64,000 bases of DNA from an uncultured delta proteobacterium (GCA_963708295.1 CAVPSJ010000008.1:224001-288000); one strand, 5' to 3'; shown: positions 10,081 to 21,655, numbered from the stretch's first letter. Translations and numbers: made by a program. The notes: generated from the letters alone by a model not told the origin.

Positions 10081-10193
10081 AAGGGCGATAGATTCTTTTT
10101 GACGATATATAAAGGGCTATAAATGTGGACCCTGGTGTGTGGTTCCAGAAAGAAGGTGTAACTATATATTTTTGTTTATAATTTATGGTTACC

Positions 10194-10228
10194 TTGAGAA
10201 ATTAGAATTTTTGTGTTATCGTTAACGC
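10194..10228 (+). promoter_or_regulatory. LacI-gene promoter overlapped by a second operator
   Basis: TTGAGA-N17-TATCGT with TG extension; GTGTTATCGTTAACGC at 10213-10228, ending 3 nt before the ATG. Confidence 0.7.
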
Positions 10229-10231
10229 AAA

Positions 10232-11308
10232 ATGGATAAAAAGACCACAATTAAGGATATTGCCCGAAAAGCCAATGTCTCACACACCACCGTTTCAAGG
10301 GCGCTCAATAACAAATCCCGCATTAAGAGTGAAACCAAAGAGAAGATTCTTTCGATTGCTAAGGAATTAAACTACCGGCCGGATTTCATTGCCAGGAGTC
10401 TGGTGATGAGGCGGACCAAGACACTGGGTCTCGTCATCACCACCATTGCCAATCCCTTCTATACGGAGCTGTCCCAGGGGATCGAAACAATGGCCATCAG
10501 CCTGGGGTATAATATCATCCTCTGCAGTACCAATTATGAGCTCTCGGCCGAAAAAAAGTATATTGATATGCTGGAGAGCAAAGGGGTGGATGGGATCATT
10601 TTCACTTCCGCCCATATGGGTGACCCCAATATCATTGGATTAGCGGAGGAAGGATTCCCAATGATACTGGTCAATCGAAGAACCCTTCATCCGACCGTAA
10701 GGGATAAAGTCGATTACATTGGTGTGGATAACATCCGGGGGGGCTTTCTGGCTGTCGAACACCTGATCAAACTTGGCCACGAACGGATTGGAGTCATCGG
10801 CGGTTCGAGTGAATCCTCTGTCGGTTATGAGCGCTTGGAGGGTGGAAAGAAAGCGCTTGCTACTTATGGCTTGAAGGTGATTGGCGACTATTTCCTGGAA
10901 GGGGATTTTTTGAGGGGATCCGGCTATCAGGGAGGCAAGAAATTTCTAGAGATGGACAAGCCTCCGACGGCGATTTTTGCCGCGAACGACTACATGGCGT
11001 TAGGCACTTATCAGGCGATCATGGAAGCAGGGATTAAGGTTCCGGAAGAAATCGCGTTGATCGGGTTCAACGATATCGAATTTGCGGCCATGAAGGGAAT
11101 CGAATTGACAACGATCGGCCAGAAGAAGTACGAGATGGGTGCTTTGGCCGCGAAAACATTGGTAGAAAGGATTGAGGGCAGGAAGAGTGGGCCTCCGGAG
11201 GAAATTATCCTGGAGCCGGAGCTGATTATTCGGAAGACTTGCGGTTTTCGTTTGAAAGGTTATCAAATGGAATCCGCAAGAAGGCTTCAACCCAACCCTT
11301 CCCCCTGA
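10232..11308 (+). CDS. LacI-family transcriptional regulator
   Basis: TIKDIARKANVSHTTVSRALN HTH followed by a periplasmic-binding-protein-like domain. Confidence 0.95.
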   Translation: MDKKTTIKDIARKANVSHTTVSRALNNKSRIKSETKEKILSIAKELNYRPDFIARSLVMRRTKTLGLVITTIANPFYTELSQGIETMAISLGYNIILCSTNYELSAEKKYIDMLESKGVDGIIFTSAHMGDPNIIGLAEEGFPMILVNRRTLHPTVRDKVDYIGVDNIRGGFLAVEHLIKLGHERIGVIGGSSESSVGYERLEGGKKALATYGLKVIGDYFLEGDFLRGSGYQGGKKFLEMDKPPTAIFAANDYMALGTYQAIMEAGIKVPEEIALIGFNDIEFAAMKGIELTTIGQKKYEMGALAAKTLVERIEGRKSGPPEEIILEPELIIRKTCGFRLKGYQMESARRLQPNPSP

Positions 11309-11499
11309 AAGACTGTGTTTTATTTGTTCGTCATCTGATCCCGCACAGGCGGGATCCCAACTTGCAGGAAAGAGATTTTTCATTCATCATGAAACGGGCC
11401 CTGAGGTGAGGGATGGAGGTGAGTTCATTTTTACGTCGGGATTCGGAAGGAAGCGAATCTCCCCTGTGAGGGCTTAACGGGGTAAAGGTTCGATCTTAG

Positions 11500-12465
<966 letters not shown>

Positions 12466-12477
12466 GTTTATGGAAGA

Positions 12478-12544
12478 GTCCTTGCGAGCGAAGCGAAGCA
12501 ATCCCACCCATCGATTGCTTCGTCGCTTCACTCCTCGCAATGAC
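12478..12544. repeat. REP-like palindromic element
   Basis: gtccttgcgagcgaagcgaagcaatc...gattgcttcgtcgcttcactcctcgcaatgac inverted repeat. Confidence 0.75.
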
Positions 12545-12573
12545 ACAAAATGTGTCAAGGTGAAAGGCAAAAT

Positions 12574-13413
12574 ATGCGAGAGATCAATGTGAAGTTGATG
12601 ACCGAGAAGGTGAGGGATCTTTGCATCAGGGCCAACACCGATCTCGGCGAGGATATGCTCCAAGCCTTTGATCGAGCGATGAAGACAGAGGAGTCCCCTC
12701 TGGGAATTGAGATATTGAAGGAATTAAAGGAGAATGCCCGGATTGGGAAAGAAGAAAGTGTCCCCATCTGTCAGGACACGGGATTTGCCGTCGTATTTGT
12801 GGAATTGGGACAGGATGTTCATCTCGTCGGCGGAAATCTGAATGAGGCCATCGAAGAAGGTGTTCGGCAGGGATACCAGGATGGGTATTTAAGAAAATCG
12901 ATCTGCCATCCTTTTACGAGGGCAAACACCGGAGACAACACCCCTGCGATCATCCATGCGGAGGTGGTTCCTGGAGATAAAATTAAGCTGATCGTAGCTC
13001 CTAAAGGCGGCGGCAGTGAAAACATGAGCCGAGTCGTCATGCTCACGCCGTCGGAAGGGGTCGAAGGGATCAAACGCTATGTGGTCCAGAGAGTGAGGGA
13101 ATCAGGGTCAAATCCCTGCCCTCCTACCATCGTGGGGGTAGGGATCGGAGGGACTTTCGAACGGGCGGCACTCCTCGCGAAGAAGAGTTTGCTTCGGCCC
13201 CTCGGGAGCAAGAATCCGGATCCGGAACTGGATCGATTGGAATCTGAGATCCTGACCGAGATCAATCGCCTGGGGATCGGGCCTCAAGGATTAGGAGGAC
13301 GAACGACTTCTCTGGCCGTTCACATTTTACTCATGCCCTGTCATATTGCGAGTTTTCCTCTGGCCGTAAACATCCAATGCCATGCGCAAAGGCATAAAGA
13401 AGCGATCATTTGA
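12574..13413 (+). CDS. Fe-S hydro-lyase (fumarate hydratase/tartrate dehydratase) alpha subunit
   Basis: PICQDTG, PKGGGSEN, NPCPP, GPQGLGG, CHIAS; adjacent to mdh. Confidence 0.9.
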   Translation: MREINVKLMTEKVRDLCIRANTDLGEDMLQAFDRAMKTEESPLGIEILKELKENARIGKEESVPICQDTGFAVVFVELGQDVHLVGGNLNEAIEEGVRQGYQDGYLRKSICHPFTRANTGDNTPAIIHAEVVPGDKIKLIVAPKGGGSENMSRVVMLTPSEGVEGIKRYVVQRVRESGSNPCPPTIVGVGIGGTFERAALLAKKSLLRPLGSKNPDPELDRLESEILTEINRLGIGPQGLGGRTTSLAVHILLMPCHIASFPLAVNIQCHAQRHKEAII

Positions 13414-13422
13414 GAAGAAGGT

Positions 13423-13505
13423 ATTGCAAATTTCAGATTTAAGATTTCAAATTGAATTCGACATGGTTTTTCCAATCTGCAATTTGCGATCTGAAATCTG
13501 AAATC
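13423..13505. repeat. Heptamer-periodic inverted intergenic element
   Basis: (ca/aa)gattt repeats facing aaatctg repeats. Confidence 0.7.
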
Positions 13506-13518
13506 GAGGTGAGATAAG

Positions 13519-14076
13519 ATGAGCCAACCGATACGATTAACACCGCCTCTCAAGGATGAGGACGTGGAAAAATTGAAGATCGGCGATCGCGTCCTAATCC
13601 GCGGAGTCGTCTATACGGGAAGGGATGCGGCCCACAAACGGCTGATCGATTTGTTGAAAGAGGGGAAAAGCCTCCCTTTCGATATCAAGGGCCAGATCAT
13701 CTACTTTGTGGGGCCCACGCCCACCAAGCCCGGGCGGGCTTTCGGATCGGCAGGTCCGACCACCAGTTATCGAATGGACGCCTACTCCCCCGCTTTGATC
13801 GAGAGAGGCCTGAAAGGAATGATAGGAAAAGGAATGCGATCCGAGGCCGTGAAGGAGGCGATGAAAAAGTACAAAGCAGTCTATTTTGCCGGGACAGGAG
13901 GGGCGGGGGCCCTCCTGGGCAAACGGGTGAAAAAGGCCGAGATCATCGCTTATGAAGATCTTGGCCCCGAGGCGATTCGAAGATTGGAAGTAGAGGACCT
14001 CCCCTTGATTGTCGTCAACGATGTCAGGGGAAATGACCTCTATATTGAAGGTGAAAAAAAGTACCGGAAAGAATAG
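13519..14076 (+). CDS. Fe-S hydro-lyase (fumarate hydratase) beta subunit
   Basis: YTGRDAAHKRL, GPTTSYRMD, MIGKG, DLGPEAI. Confidence 0.9.
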   Translation: MSQPIRLTPPLKDEDVEKLKIGDRVLIRGVVYTGRDAAHKRLIDLLKEGKSLPFDIKGQIIYFVGPTPTKPGRAFGSAGPTTSYRMDAYSPALIERGLKGMIGKGMRSEAVKEAMKKYKAVYFAGTGGAGALLGKRVKKAEIIAYEDLGPEAIRRLEVEDLPLIVVNDVRGNDLYIEGEKKYRKE

Positions 14077-14093
14077 GTGCGGGTGGGAAAGGC

Positions 14094-15008
14094 ATGGAAA
14101 GAGTAAACCCTGGATCGTTGAAAGCATGGTTGATGCTTCCTCGTTTCCAGTTCTTACCCCTCACGATCATCCTCGTTTCTTTAGGAACAGCGATTGCCTC
14201 CACCGAAGGTTATTTCCATCTTGGGCATTTTCTCCTGGTCCTCCTCGGCTCCATCCTGGTTCACATGACCGTCAATGTGATCAATGATTACCACGACTAT
14301 GTGGATGGAATTGATTTAAACACTCAAAGAACTCCGTTCAGCGGAGGGAGTGGCGTGCTTCCTCTGGGTCTTTTGAAACCCAGGCAGGCCTTCTGGTTTG
14401 GAACCGTCTGTTTGCTGGTGGCCATGGTGGTCGGGTTTTATTTCGTGATGGTAAAAGGTTGGGCGCTCTTCCCCCTTCTTCTCCTCGCGGGGTTTGCTGC
14501 ATACTTTTACAACGTTTATCTCTCCAAATGGTTCATGGGCGAGATATTTGCGGGCGTCGGTTTTGGCCCTTTACTCGTCCTGGGCTCGTATTATGCGCAG
14601 ACGGGAAGGTATAGCTGGGAGACCTTGGTTGCCTCCCTTGCGCCGGGGATACTCACATCGAATCTTCTTTTTCTGAATGAATTTCCGGATTGGGACGCGG
14701 ACCGGAAAGGCGGGAGAAGGCATTTCGTCATCTCCCTGGGGAAGAGGGGGGCGAGTTATCTCTTCGTGGCCCTTCTCACCGCCTCTTATCTCTGCATTAT
14801 CCTCGGAGTTCTTACAAGGATGATGCCGGTATGGACGCTCCTCGGTCTGGGGACGATCGGGTTTGGATGGAAGGCTGCCAGGGGAGCCTTGAAATATTAT
14901 GATAATACCGAGAAGCTGGTTCCCGTATTGGGCGCGAATGTCATCACGATCCTTGGAACACAAGCCCTTCTGGCCGTTGGATACGTGATGACCATGCTCG
15001 TTCTGTAG
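14094..15008 (+). CDS. UbiA-superfamily prenyltransferase (MenA-like)
   Basis: NVINDYHDYVDGID and NEFPDWDAD aspartate-rich motifs; many hydrophobic helices. Confidence 0.8.
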   Translation: MERVNPGSLKAWLMLPRFQFLPLTIILVSLGTAIASTEGYFHLGHFLLVLLGSILVHMTVNVINDYHDYVDGIDLNTQRTPFSGGSGVLPLGLLKPRQAFWFGTVCLLVAMVVGFYFVMVKGWALFPLLLLAGFAAYFYNVYLSKWFMGEIFAGVGFGPLLVLGSYYAQTGRYSWETLVASLAPGILTSNLLFLNEFPDWDADRKGGRRHFVISLGKRGASYLFVALLTASYLCIILGVLTRMMPVWTLLGLGTIGFGWKAARGALKYYDNTEKLVPVLGANVITILGTQALLAVGYVMTMLVL

Positions 15009-15062
15009 CGAAAAATATCTTATTATTTGTTTATAGACCTTTTGAGTTTTTGGAGATTCATC

Positions 15063-15476
15063 ATGAAAATTGAGCTGACAAGGCAGAAGATTCACAATGA
15101 ATTTGCAAAGAAGGTGGAATTGGTCAGCGGACAAAATCTATTTGCCTGCTACCAATGCGGGAATTGCACGGCGGGATGTCCGGTCGCCTTTGCCATGGAG
15201 GTGGGGCCGCACCAGGTCATTCGGTATACCCTGCTCGGGCTGGAAGAGGAAGCCCTTGGAGTGAATACCTTCTGGCTTTGCGCCTCCTGCCTTCAATGCA
15301 CGTCGAGGTGCCCCAAAGGAATCGATATTGCCAGGGTGATGGATGCGTTGAGGATGGTGGTTTTGAGAAAGAAAGAGAGAAGAGACCACATTCGGATCTC
15401 TGAATTTCCAGAAGGATTTCTGGAGAAGGTTCCCCAGATTGCCTTTGTCAGCGGGTTTAGGAAATTCCTGTCATAG
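15063..15476 (+). CDS. hdrC: Heterodisulfide reductase subunit C-like (2x[4Fe-4S])
   Basis: CYQCGNCTAGCP and CASCLQCTSRCP. Confidence 0.9.
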   Translation: MKIELTRQKIHNEFAKKVELVSGQNLFACYQCGNCTAGCPVAFAMEVGPHQVIRYTLLGLEEEALGVNTFWLCASCLQCTSRCPKGIDIARVMDALRMVVLRKKERRDHIRISEFPEGFLEKVPQIAFVSGFRKFLS

Positions 15477-15482
15477 GATAAT

Positions 15483-15612
15483 TTCAAATGTCAAAACCAA
15501 AATGTCAAAGGAATGTCAAATTACAAAATCCAAAATTTTTGACATTGATTCACCTTCGGTTCATCACTTCGTGCGAACTTTGGATTTCATTTGAACTTTG
15601 ACATTTGTCATT
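15483..15612. repeat. Heptamer-periodic inverted intergenic element
   Basis: aatgtcaaa repeats facing tttgacatt repeats. Confidence 0.7.
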
Positions 15613-15625
15613 CCCAGAGGTTTTT

Positions 15626-16495
15626 ATGGATTATCTCTATTTTCCCGGTTGTACGTTGAATACCAAGGCGAAGAATTTTGATCAGACGGCCCGGGACTGT
15701 TCTCGCCTGCTCGGTTTCGAATTAAAGGAACTCAAGAATTGGACGTGTTGCGGAGCTACCTTTCCCCTGGCCACGGATAACATCATGGCTCTTCTTCCCC
15801 CCTCCCGGATTCTAGCGACTGCAAGGGAAGAGGGGACCACCCTGACGACCCTCTGCGCCGTCTGCTTTAACGTGATCAAAAGGACGAACCGATTGATCCA
15901 GGGAGATGGGGAGAAAAGAGATAAGATCAACAACTTCATCGAAAAGAATTATCAGGGAGATCTTCGAGTCCTCCACTATTTGGAGATCCTGAAACAAGAC
16001 GTTGGATTTCCTCAACTCAGAGAAAAGGTAAAGAAGCCCCTGGGGGAACTCAAGGCAGCGGCTTATTACGGATGCATGCTCCTCCGGCCATTTAAGGAAA
16101 TGGGATTCGACGACAAGGAGAAGCCCACTCTTTTTGAGGATTTCCTAGAAGCCCTGGGAGCAAAAGCGGTTGAATTTCCTTACAAGATTGAGTGTTGCGG
16201 GTCCTTCCAGTCGGTGGGCTCACCCGATGTGGCAACCGAATGTGCTCATAAAATTCTCGGCTCGGCTCTGAAGAATGGGGCCGAGGCAATGGTTTCCACC
16301 TGTCCGATGTGCACATTCAACATTGACCACAAACAGTCGGATATCAAGCAGAAATACTCTGATTTCAAACCCATCCCCGTATTCTATTTTACTCAACTCC
16401 TCGGGATGGCCATGGGACTCGACTATCAGGCTCTCGGGTTTGAGCAGAATGCAGTGGATCCTTTGCCCCTCTTGAAAGAGAAGGGGCTTCTCTAA
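15626..16495 (+). CDS. hdrB: Heterodisulfide reductase subunit B-like
   Basis: Two CCG domains: YFPGC/WTCCG/CAVC and YYGC/ECCG/CPMC. Confidence 0.92.
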   Translation: MDYLYFPGCTLNTKAKNFDQTARDCSRLLGFELKELKNWTCCGATFPLATDNIMALLPPSRILATAREEGTTLTTLCAVCFNVIKRTNRLIQGDGEKRDKINNFIEKNYQGDLRVLHYLEILKQDVGFPQLREKVKKPLGELKAAAYYGCMLLRPFKEMGFDDKEKPTLFEDFLEALGAKAVEFPYKIECCGSFQSVGSPDVATECAHKILGSALKNGAEAMVSTCPMCTFNIDHKQSDIKQKYSDFKPIPVFYFTQLLGMAMGLDYQALGFEQNAVDPLPLLKEKGLL

Positions 16496-16498
16496 ACT

Positions 16499-16546
16499 CC
16501 CATTCCCCCCTCCCCCTGGAGGGGAGGGCGCGGGGGAAGGGGGGGA
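16499..16546. repeat. REP-like GC-rich palindrome
   Basis: cccattcccccctccccctggaggggagggcgcgggggaagggggg. Confidence 0.65.
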
Positions 16547-16565
16547 AGGTATATGGCGTTGACTT

Positions 16566-17915
16566 ATGAGTAGCCCGTTCAATGAAATCAGTCAAACCGA
16601 CGCAGGGACTGCGCATAATGGTTTTATAAAAAGAGCGATGGTGATCGGCGGAGGAATCGCCGGGATCTCTGCGGCGATTGACCTGGGAAATGGCGGGTAT
16701 GAAGTCGTCCTCGTGGAGAAGCTTCCCTCCATCGGAGGCCGGATGCTTCAGCTTTCCGAAACTTTTCCGACCCTCGATTGCGCCCAGTGCACCCTGACTC
16801 CGAAGACCGTCGAGACAGGTCAACATCCTCGCATTAAGCTTCTTACCTATTCCGAGGTGGATCGTGTTCAAGGAAAGGCCGGGGATTTTAGGGTAAGAAT
16901 CCGAAGAAAAGCCGCCTATGTCGACTGGGAGAAATGCACGGGCTGTGGCCTCTGCCAGCAGAAATGCCCTTCCAAGAACCCATCCGAATTTGATCGGGGC
17001 ATGGGATTGGGAAAAGCCATCCATACTCTGTCGCCCCAGGCCGTTCCGAATAAACCTGTCATCAACCCGTCCCAGTGCCGCTACTTCAAAGAGAAGAAAT
17101 GCAGGGTCTGTGAGAAGGTCTGTCCGGTCGGAGCCATTGATTACGAACAGCAGGACCGTTTTGTAGAAGAAAGGGTAGGGGCGATCATTACGGCAGTGGG
17201 CTTTGATTTGATTCCAAAAGAAAATTTCGGGGAGTACGGGTACGGTGACGTTCCGGATGTGATCGATGGCCTTGCCTTCGAGAGGCTCAATTCTGCATCC
17301 GGACCGACGACGGGTGAGATTCGCAGGCCTTCCGACGGCAAGATTCCCAAAGAGGTGGTTTTCATCCAATGTACGGGGTCCAGGGACCCTGACCGTTATA
17401 TGCCTTATTGCTCGCGGGTTTGCTGCATGTATACGGCCAAGCATGCCCGGCTGTATAAGCATAAGGTCCACGACGGACAGGCCTATATCTTTTATATGGA
17501 TATTCGGTCGACAGGAAAAGGGTACGAGGAGTTCATCCAGCAGGGCATGGAAGAAGAAGGGATCCTCTATTTGAGGGGAAGGGTTTCCCGGATCTTTCGA
17601 GATGGAGAGAAGATCGTTGTCTGGGGCGTGGACACATTGACAGGGAAGAAAGTTGAAGTTTCTGCAGATATGGTCGTCCTGGCCACGGCGATTGTTTCTC
17701 AAAGAGATACGAAGGACCTGGCCGGAAAGTTGGGGATCAAGACAGACGAGTATGGTTTCTTGACGGAAGCCGAGAGAAAATTGAGGCCGGTCGAGACTGA
17801 TGTGGAAGGGATTTATATCGCAGGCTGTGCCCAGGGGCCTAAAGACATTGCCGATGCAGTGGCCCACGCCAATGCCGCAGCGAGCAAGGTACAAGGGTTG
17901 TTTGCAAGACACTAG
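16566..17915 (+). CDS. hdrA: HdrA-like flavoprotein lacking the N-terminal and C-terminal Fe-S domains
   Basis: VIGGGIAG, TFPTLDCAQC, inserted ferredoxin, QCTGSRD, CSRVCCMY. Confidence 0.88.
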   Translation: MSSPFNEISQTDAGTAHNGFIKRAMVIGGGIAGISAAIDLGNGGYEVVLVEKLPSIGGRMLQLSETFPTLDCAQCTLTPKTVETGQHPRIKLLTYSEVDRVQGKAGDFRVRIRRKAAYVDWEKCTGCGLCQQKCPSKNPSEFDRGMGLGKAIHTLSPQAVPNKPVINPSQCRYFKEKKCRVCEKVCPVGAIDYEQQDRFVEERVGAIITAVGFDLIPKENFGEYGYGDVPDVIDGLAFERLNSASGPTTGEIRRPSDGKIPKEVVFIQCTGSRDPDRYMPYCSRVCCMYTAKHARLYKHKVHDGQAYIFYMDIRSTGKGYEEFIQQGMEEEGILYLRGRVSRIFRDGEKIVVWGVDTLTGKKVEVSADMVVLATAIVSQRDTKDLAGKLGIKTDEYGFLTEAERKLRPVETDVEGIYIAGCAQGPKDIADAVAHANAAASKVQGLFARH

Positions 17916-17930
17916 TCAAAGAGGAATGCT

Positions 17931-18080
17931 AAATCCGAAGCACGAAATCCGAAATTCGAACAAGAATTCGAAACGCGAATGATCAAAACGGGGGAATCGA
18001 TTTGAATTCTGAAATTTGAATTTAGGATTTGTTTCGAGTTGGTCGAACGGACGCTTCGCCGATATTCGAATTTCGGATTT
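17931..18080. repeat. Heptamer-periodic inverted intergenic element (aaatccgaagcacgaaatccgaaa family)
   Basis: Same 5' arm at 21698 and a similar one at 26704; 3' arm gatattcgaatttcggattt. Confidence 0.75.
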
Positions 18081-18116
18081 ACAGTCATGAGATCGGCGAT
18101 ACATGACCGACGTATC

Positions 18117-20070
18117 ATGAAAAAACTGGGTGTTTTTATCTGCCATTGCGGAGTCAATATCGCCGGGACCGTCGATGTCAAATCGGTCGCCGAAAAGATC
18201 GGTGGGGTCGGAGACGTCGCCCACAGCACCGATTACATCTACATGTGCTCTGAACCAGGACAGCAGATTATCCGAGAAGCTGTTCGCGAAAAAGGCTTGG
18301 GGGGAGTGGTCGTGGCCTGTTGCTCGCCCAACATGCATGAGAATACTTTCCGAAAGGCCGTCAAATCCCAAGGGATGAATCCCTACCTCTGTGAAATTGC
18401 GAATATTCGAGAACAGTGTAGTTGGGTCCATCAGAAGGAGAAAGGGGAAGCGACCCGGAAGGCAGAGGAAATCATTCAGGCCACCCTTGAAAAAGTGAGA
18501 AGAAACGAATCGCTTGGAGGCCATTGCCGTGGCCATTGACCGAAAAGTATTGGTGGTCGGCGGGGGAATTGCCGGAATCACTGCCTCTCTCGATCTTGCG
18601 GAAGGAGGTTATGAGGTCATCCTTGTGGAAAGGGAAGCTGCCCTGGGAGGGCATATGGCCCAATTGTCTAGAACCTTTCCGGACCTCGATCCCGCCTCCC
18701 CTGGAGTCCTCTCAAAGGCATCGGAAGTGGAGAAGCATCCAAAGATCCATCTTCACTGCTATTCTGAATTGGAGGAAGCCAAGGGTTATGTGGGGAATTT
18801 TGAGCTCGTGATCCGCAAGAAAGCGACTTCTGTGGATGGGGAGAAATGTACGGGATGCGGACTCTGCATCGAGCATTGTCCGGCAGAATATGTTTCGGAG
18901 TTTGAGCGGGGGATGGGACTGCGAAAGGCGATAGATATCCAATCCTCTTCAAGTATCCCCCATAAGCCTGTCCTCGATCGTGGCCATTGCCGATATTTCT
19001 TAGACGGGAGCTGTCATCGGTGTGAGGAGATTTGTCCCGAGAAGGCCATCGACCTCGAACAGGAAGATGAAAGGATTTCAGAGAAGGTGGGAGCCATTGT
19101 GGTTGCGACGGGATATGAGCTGTATCCCAGGGAACAACTGGGGGAGTATGGATACGGTCAAATTCCGGATGTGATCGACGGTCTCACCTTCGAGCGAATG
19201 CTTTCCCCCGACGGTCCTACGAAAGGGAAAATCCTTCGGCCTTCTGACGGGAAGGTGCCGAAAGAGATGGTGTTTATCCAGTGTGTGGCTTCGAGGGACC
19301 CAGACCGGTATATGCCCTACTGCTCGAGGGTTTGCTGCATGTACACCGCCAAGCATGCGAAAATCTATAAGGAACAGGTTCCGGACGGGCAGCCCTACAT
19401 TTTCTATATGGATATCCGCTCGGACTGCAAAGGCTACGAGGAATTCCTTCAGAAGACTGTCGAGGAGAAAGGGCTTCTCTACCTCAGGGGGCGTGTCTCC
19501 AAAGTTTTTCAGGACGATGGAAGGGTAAGGGTGCTGGGCGTGGATACGCTGACCGGGAAAATGGTTGAAGTCGCAGCCGATCTGGTCGTCCTGGCTACAG
19601 CCATTGTTCCGAGCAAAGGAGTAAAAGATCTGGCTGCCAAACTGAGGGCGACCGTGGATCGGCATGGTTTCTTGACAGAGGCCCATATCAAGCTCTATCC
19701 TGTCGAAAGCTCGACCAAAGGGATCTACCTTGCAGGGTGTGGACAGAGTCCCAAAGATATTTCAGACACGGTTTCTCAGGCCTCGGCGACGGCAAGTAAA
19801 ATTCAGGCTTTGCTCTCCGCGGACAAACTTCTTCAAGATCCTTTGATCGCTTTTGTCGACGAGGGAGTTTGCAGCGGATGCGGAATCTGCGTAGAAATCT
19901 GTCCCTATGAAGCCAGAGAGATGGACCCTCGTCGCGGGATTTCGATTGTCCACAGTGCGCTCTGTCAGGGATGCGGAGCTTGCATTGCCTCTTGTCCTAA
20001 TAATGCCTGCGAGTTGAGGAATGGATCGGCAAACCAGGTTCTTCGGGTGGTCGATGCGTTTGTAGCTTAA
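18117..20070 (+). CDS. hdrA: HdrA, full architecture (frameshift near 18515, probably a sequencing error)
   Basis: GVFICHCGVNIAG, VAACC-type motif (VVACCSP), NIREQCSWVH, then GGGIAG, CSRVCCMY and a C-terminal 2x[4Fe-4S] domain. Confidence 0.88.
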
Positions 20071-20126
20071 AGAACCGCTGTGTGCATAGCGCTAAGCGCA
20101 TCGCGTCTTTTATAATTAAGGAGGAC

Positions 20127-20693
20127 ATGAAATTGGAGACCATGGCCAGGACGGGAAGAGCGGAATCTTCTTTCTTAGAAGCGGTGAAACAGAAGAGCGG
20201 GGAGGATCTGAGCCTCTGCTATCAGTGTTTGAAGTGTACCGCAGGGTGCCCGACTGCGCCTTATATGGATATCCGGCCCAACAGCATCATCCGGATGATC
20301 CAGATGGGGATGAAGAAAGAAGTCCTGGGAAGCAGCGCCATCTGGTTTTGCGTTTACTGTCAGACCTGCGGGACCCGCTGTCCAAATAAGATCCACATTG
20401 GAATCCTGATGGATGCCTTAAGGGAGATGGCCGTCGAAGAGGGGGTCCCGGCGAAAGAGAAGAATATCCATCTTTTCCATGAGGCCTTTATTCAAAGCGT
20501 CCGAAGAGGGGGAAGGGCTCATGAGGTCACCATGTTGATGGACTATGTGCTCAGGAGCAGAGACTTAATGACAGGTTCCCTGATTCCGGGCGTCAAGCTC
20601 TTTTTGAAGGGTAAATTCCCTTTGTTCCCCAGCTTTATCAAGGGTAGGCAGGAGATCAAGAGGATTTTTGAGAAATGCACAAAAGAGAAGTAG
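20127..20693 (+). CDS. hdrC: Heterodisulfide reductase subunit C-like, second copy
   Basis: CYQCLKCTAGCP and CVYCQTCGTRCP; AGGAGG RBS. Confidence 0.9.
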   Translation: MKLETMARTGRAESSFLEAVKQKSGEDLSLCYQCLKCTAGCPTAPYMDIRPNSIIRMIQMGMKKEVLGSSAIWFCVYCQTCGTRCPNKIHIGILMDALREMAVEEGVPAKEKNIHLFHEAFIQSVRRGGRAHEVTMLMDYVLRSRDLMTGSLIPGVKLFLKGKFPLFPSFIKGRQEIKRIFEKCTKEK

Positions 20694-20790
20694 AAAGTGT
20701 CTAAGGTGACTAAAATGCCTAAAGTGCCTAGAGAGGAATAGAAAATCATCAACTTTAGACACTTCGAACTTTGGGTCACTTTGCACTCTG
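20694..20790. repeat. Short-period inverted intergenic element
   Basis: aaagtgcct-type 9-mers facing actttagacact/actttgggtcact. Confidence 0.65.
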
Positions 20791-20809
20791 AGATTTTTGG
20801 AGGTTTAGG

Positions 20810-21655
20810 ATGAAGTTCTCTTATTTTCCGGGGTGTACGGATCATTCCTCATCTTTAGAGTATGGATTGTCGACCCATGAGGTTTTTAAGACCCTGGGGG
20901 TGGAGTTGGTAGAGATCGAGGATTGGAACTGTTGCGGAGCGGCAGCAACCCACAGTCTCAACCGTCCCCTTTCTCTTTGTCTTCCAGCCAGGAATATCTC
21001 CAAGGCGCAGTCTGCGAAGGCAGGGCCTCTGGTCGTTCCCTGTGCCGGGTGTTTCAGCTCTCTGAAAAGGGTGGAGGATGTCCTTAAGAATGATGAGGCG
21101 GAGCGAAAGGAGATAGAAGAGATCGTCGGGTTTACCTACGAGCCCTCTCTTGAAATTTTGGCTTTGATGGATGTCATCCTGAATCGAATTGGCTTGGAAA
21201 AAGTCCAGGAAAAGGTGAAGAAACGTTTAAATGGATTGAAGGCTGCTTGTTATTACGGGTGTGCCTTGGTTCGACATCCGAAAATCACCCGGTTGGATGA
21301 TCCGGAGAACCCCCAATACCTGGACCGGTTGGTGGCGTCCCTGGGCGCTCAGCCGGTGGAGTGGTCCTATAAAGTGGACTGTTGTGGTGCGGACCTGGCC
21401 ATGACTTATGGCAAGGTGGTCAATAACCTGGTGGGGAAAATTGTGTCCATGGCCAAAGAGGCAGGGGCTCAATGCATCGTCACCTCCTGCGGCCTCTGCC
21501 AGATGAATCTGGAGATGAGGCAGGACCAGGGTCTCCCCATTTTTTACTTTACGGAATTGATGGGAGTGGCCTTTGATGTTGACAAGAAAGAGAACTGGTG
21601 GAAGAAACATTTGATTTCACCCAAGGGACTGTTGGAATCGTTAGGTTTGGCTTAA
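20810..21655 (+). CDS. hdrB: Heterodisulfide reductase subunit B-like, second copy
   Basis: YFPGC/WNCCG/CAGC and YYGC/DCCG/CGLC. Confidence 0.92.
   Translation: MKFSYFPGCTDHSSSLEYGLSTHEVFKTLGVELVEIEDWNCCGAAATHSLNRPLSLCLPARNISKAQSAKAGPLVVPCAGCFSSLKRVEDVLKNDEAERKEIEEIVGFTYEPSLEILALMDVILNRIGLEKVQEKVKKRLNGLKAACYYGCALVRHPKITRLDDPENPQYLDRLVASLGAQPVEWSYKVDCCGADLAMTYGKVVNNLVGKIVSMAKEAGAQCIVTSCGLCQMNLEMRQDQGLPIFYFTELMGVAFDVDKKENWWKKHLISPKGLLESLGLA

Noticed and set aside
16389-17912. Long antisense ORFs (507 aa here; also 4909-5850, 30796-31827, 45963-46835)
   Set aside because: They are shadows of well-supported genes on the opposite strand and have no motifs.
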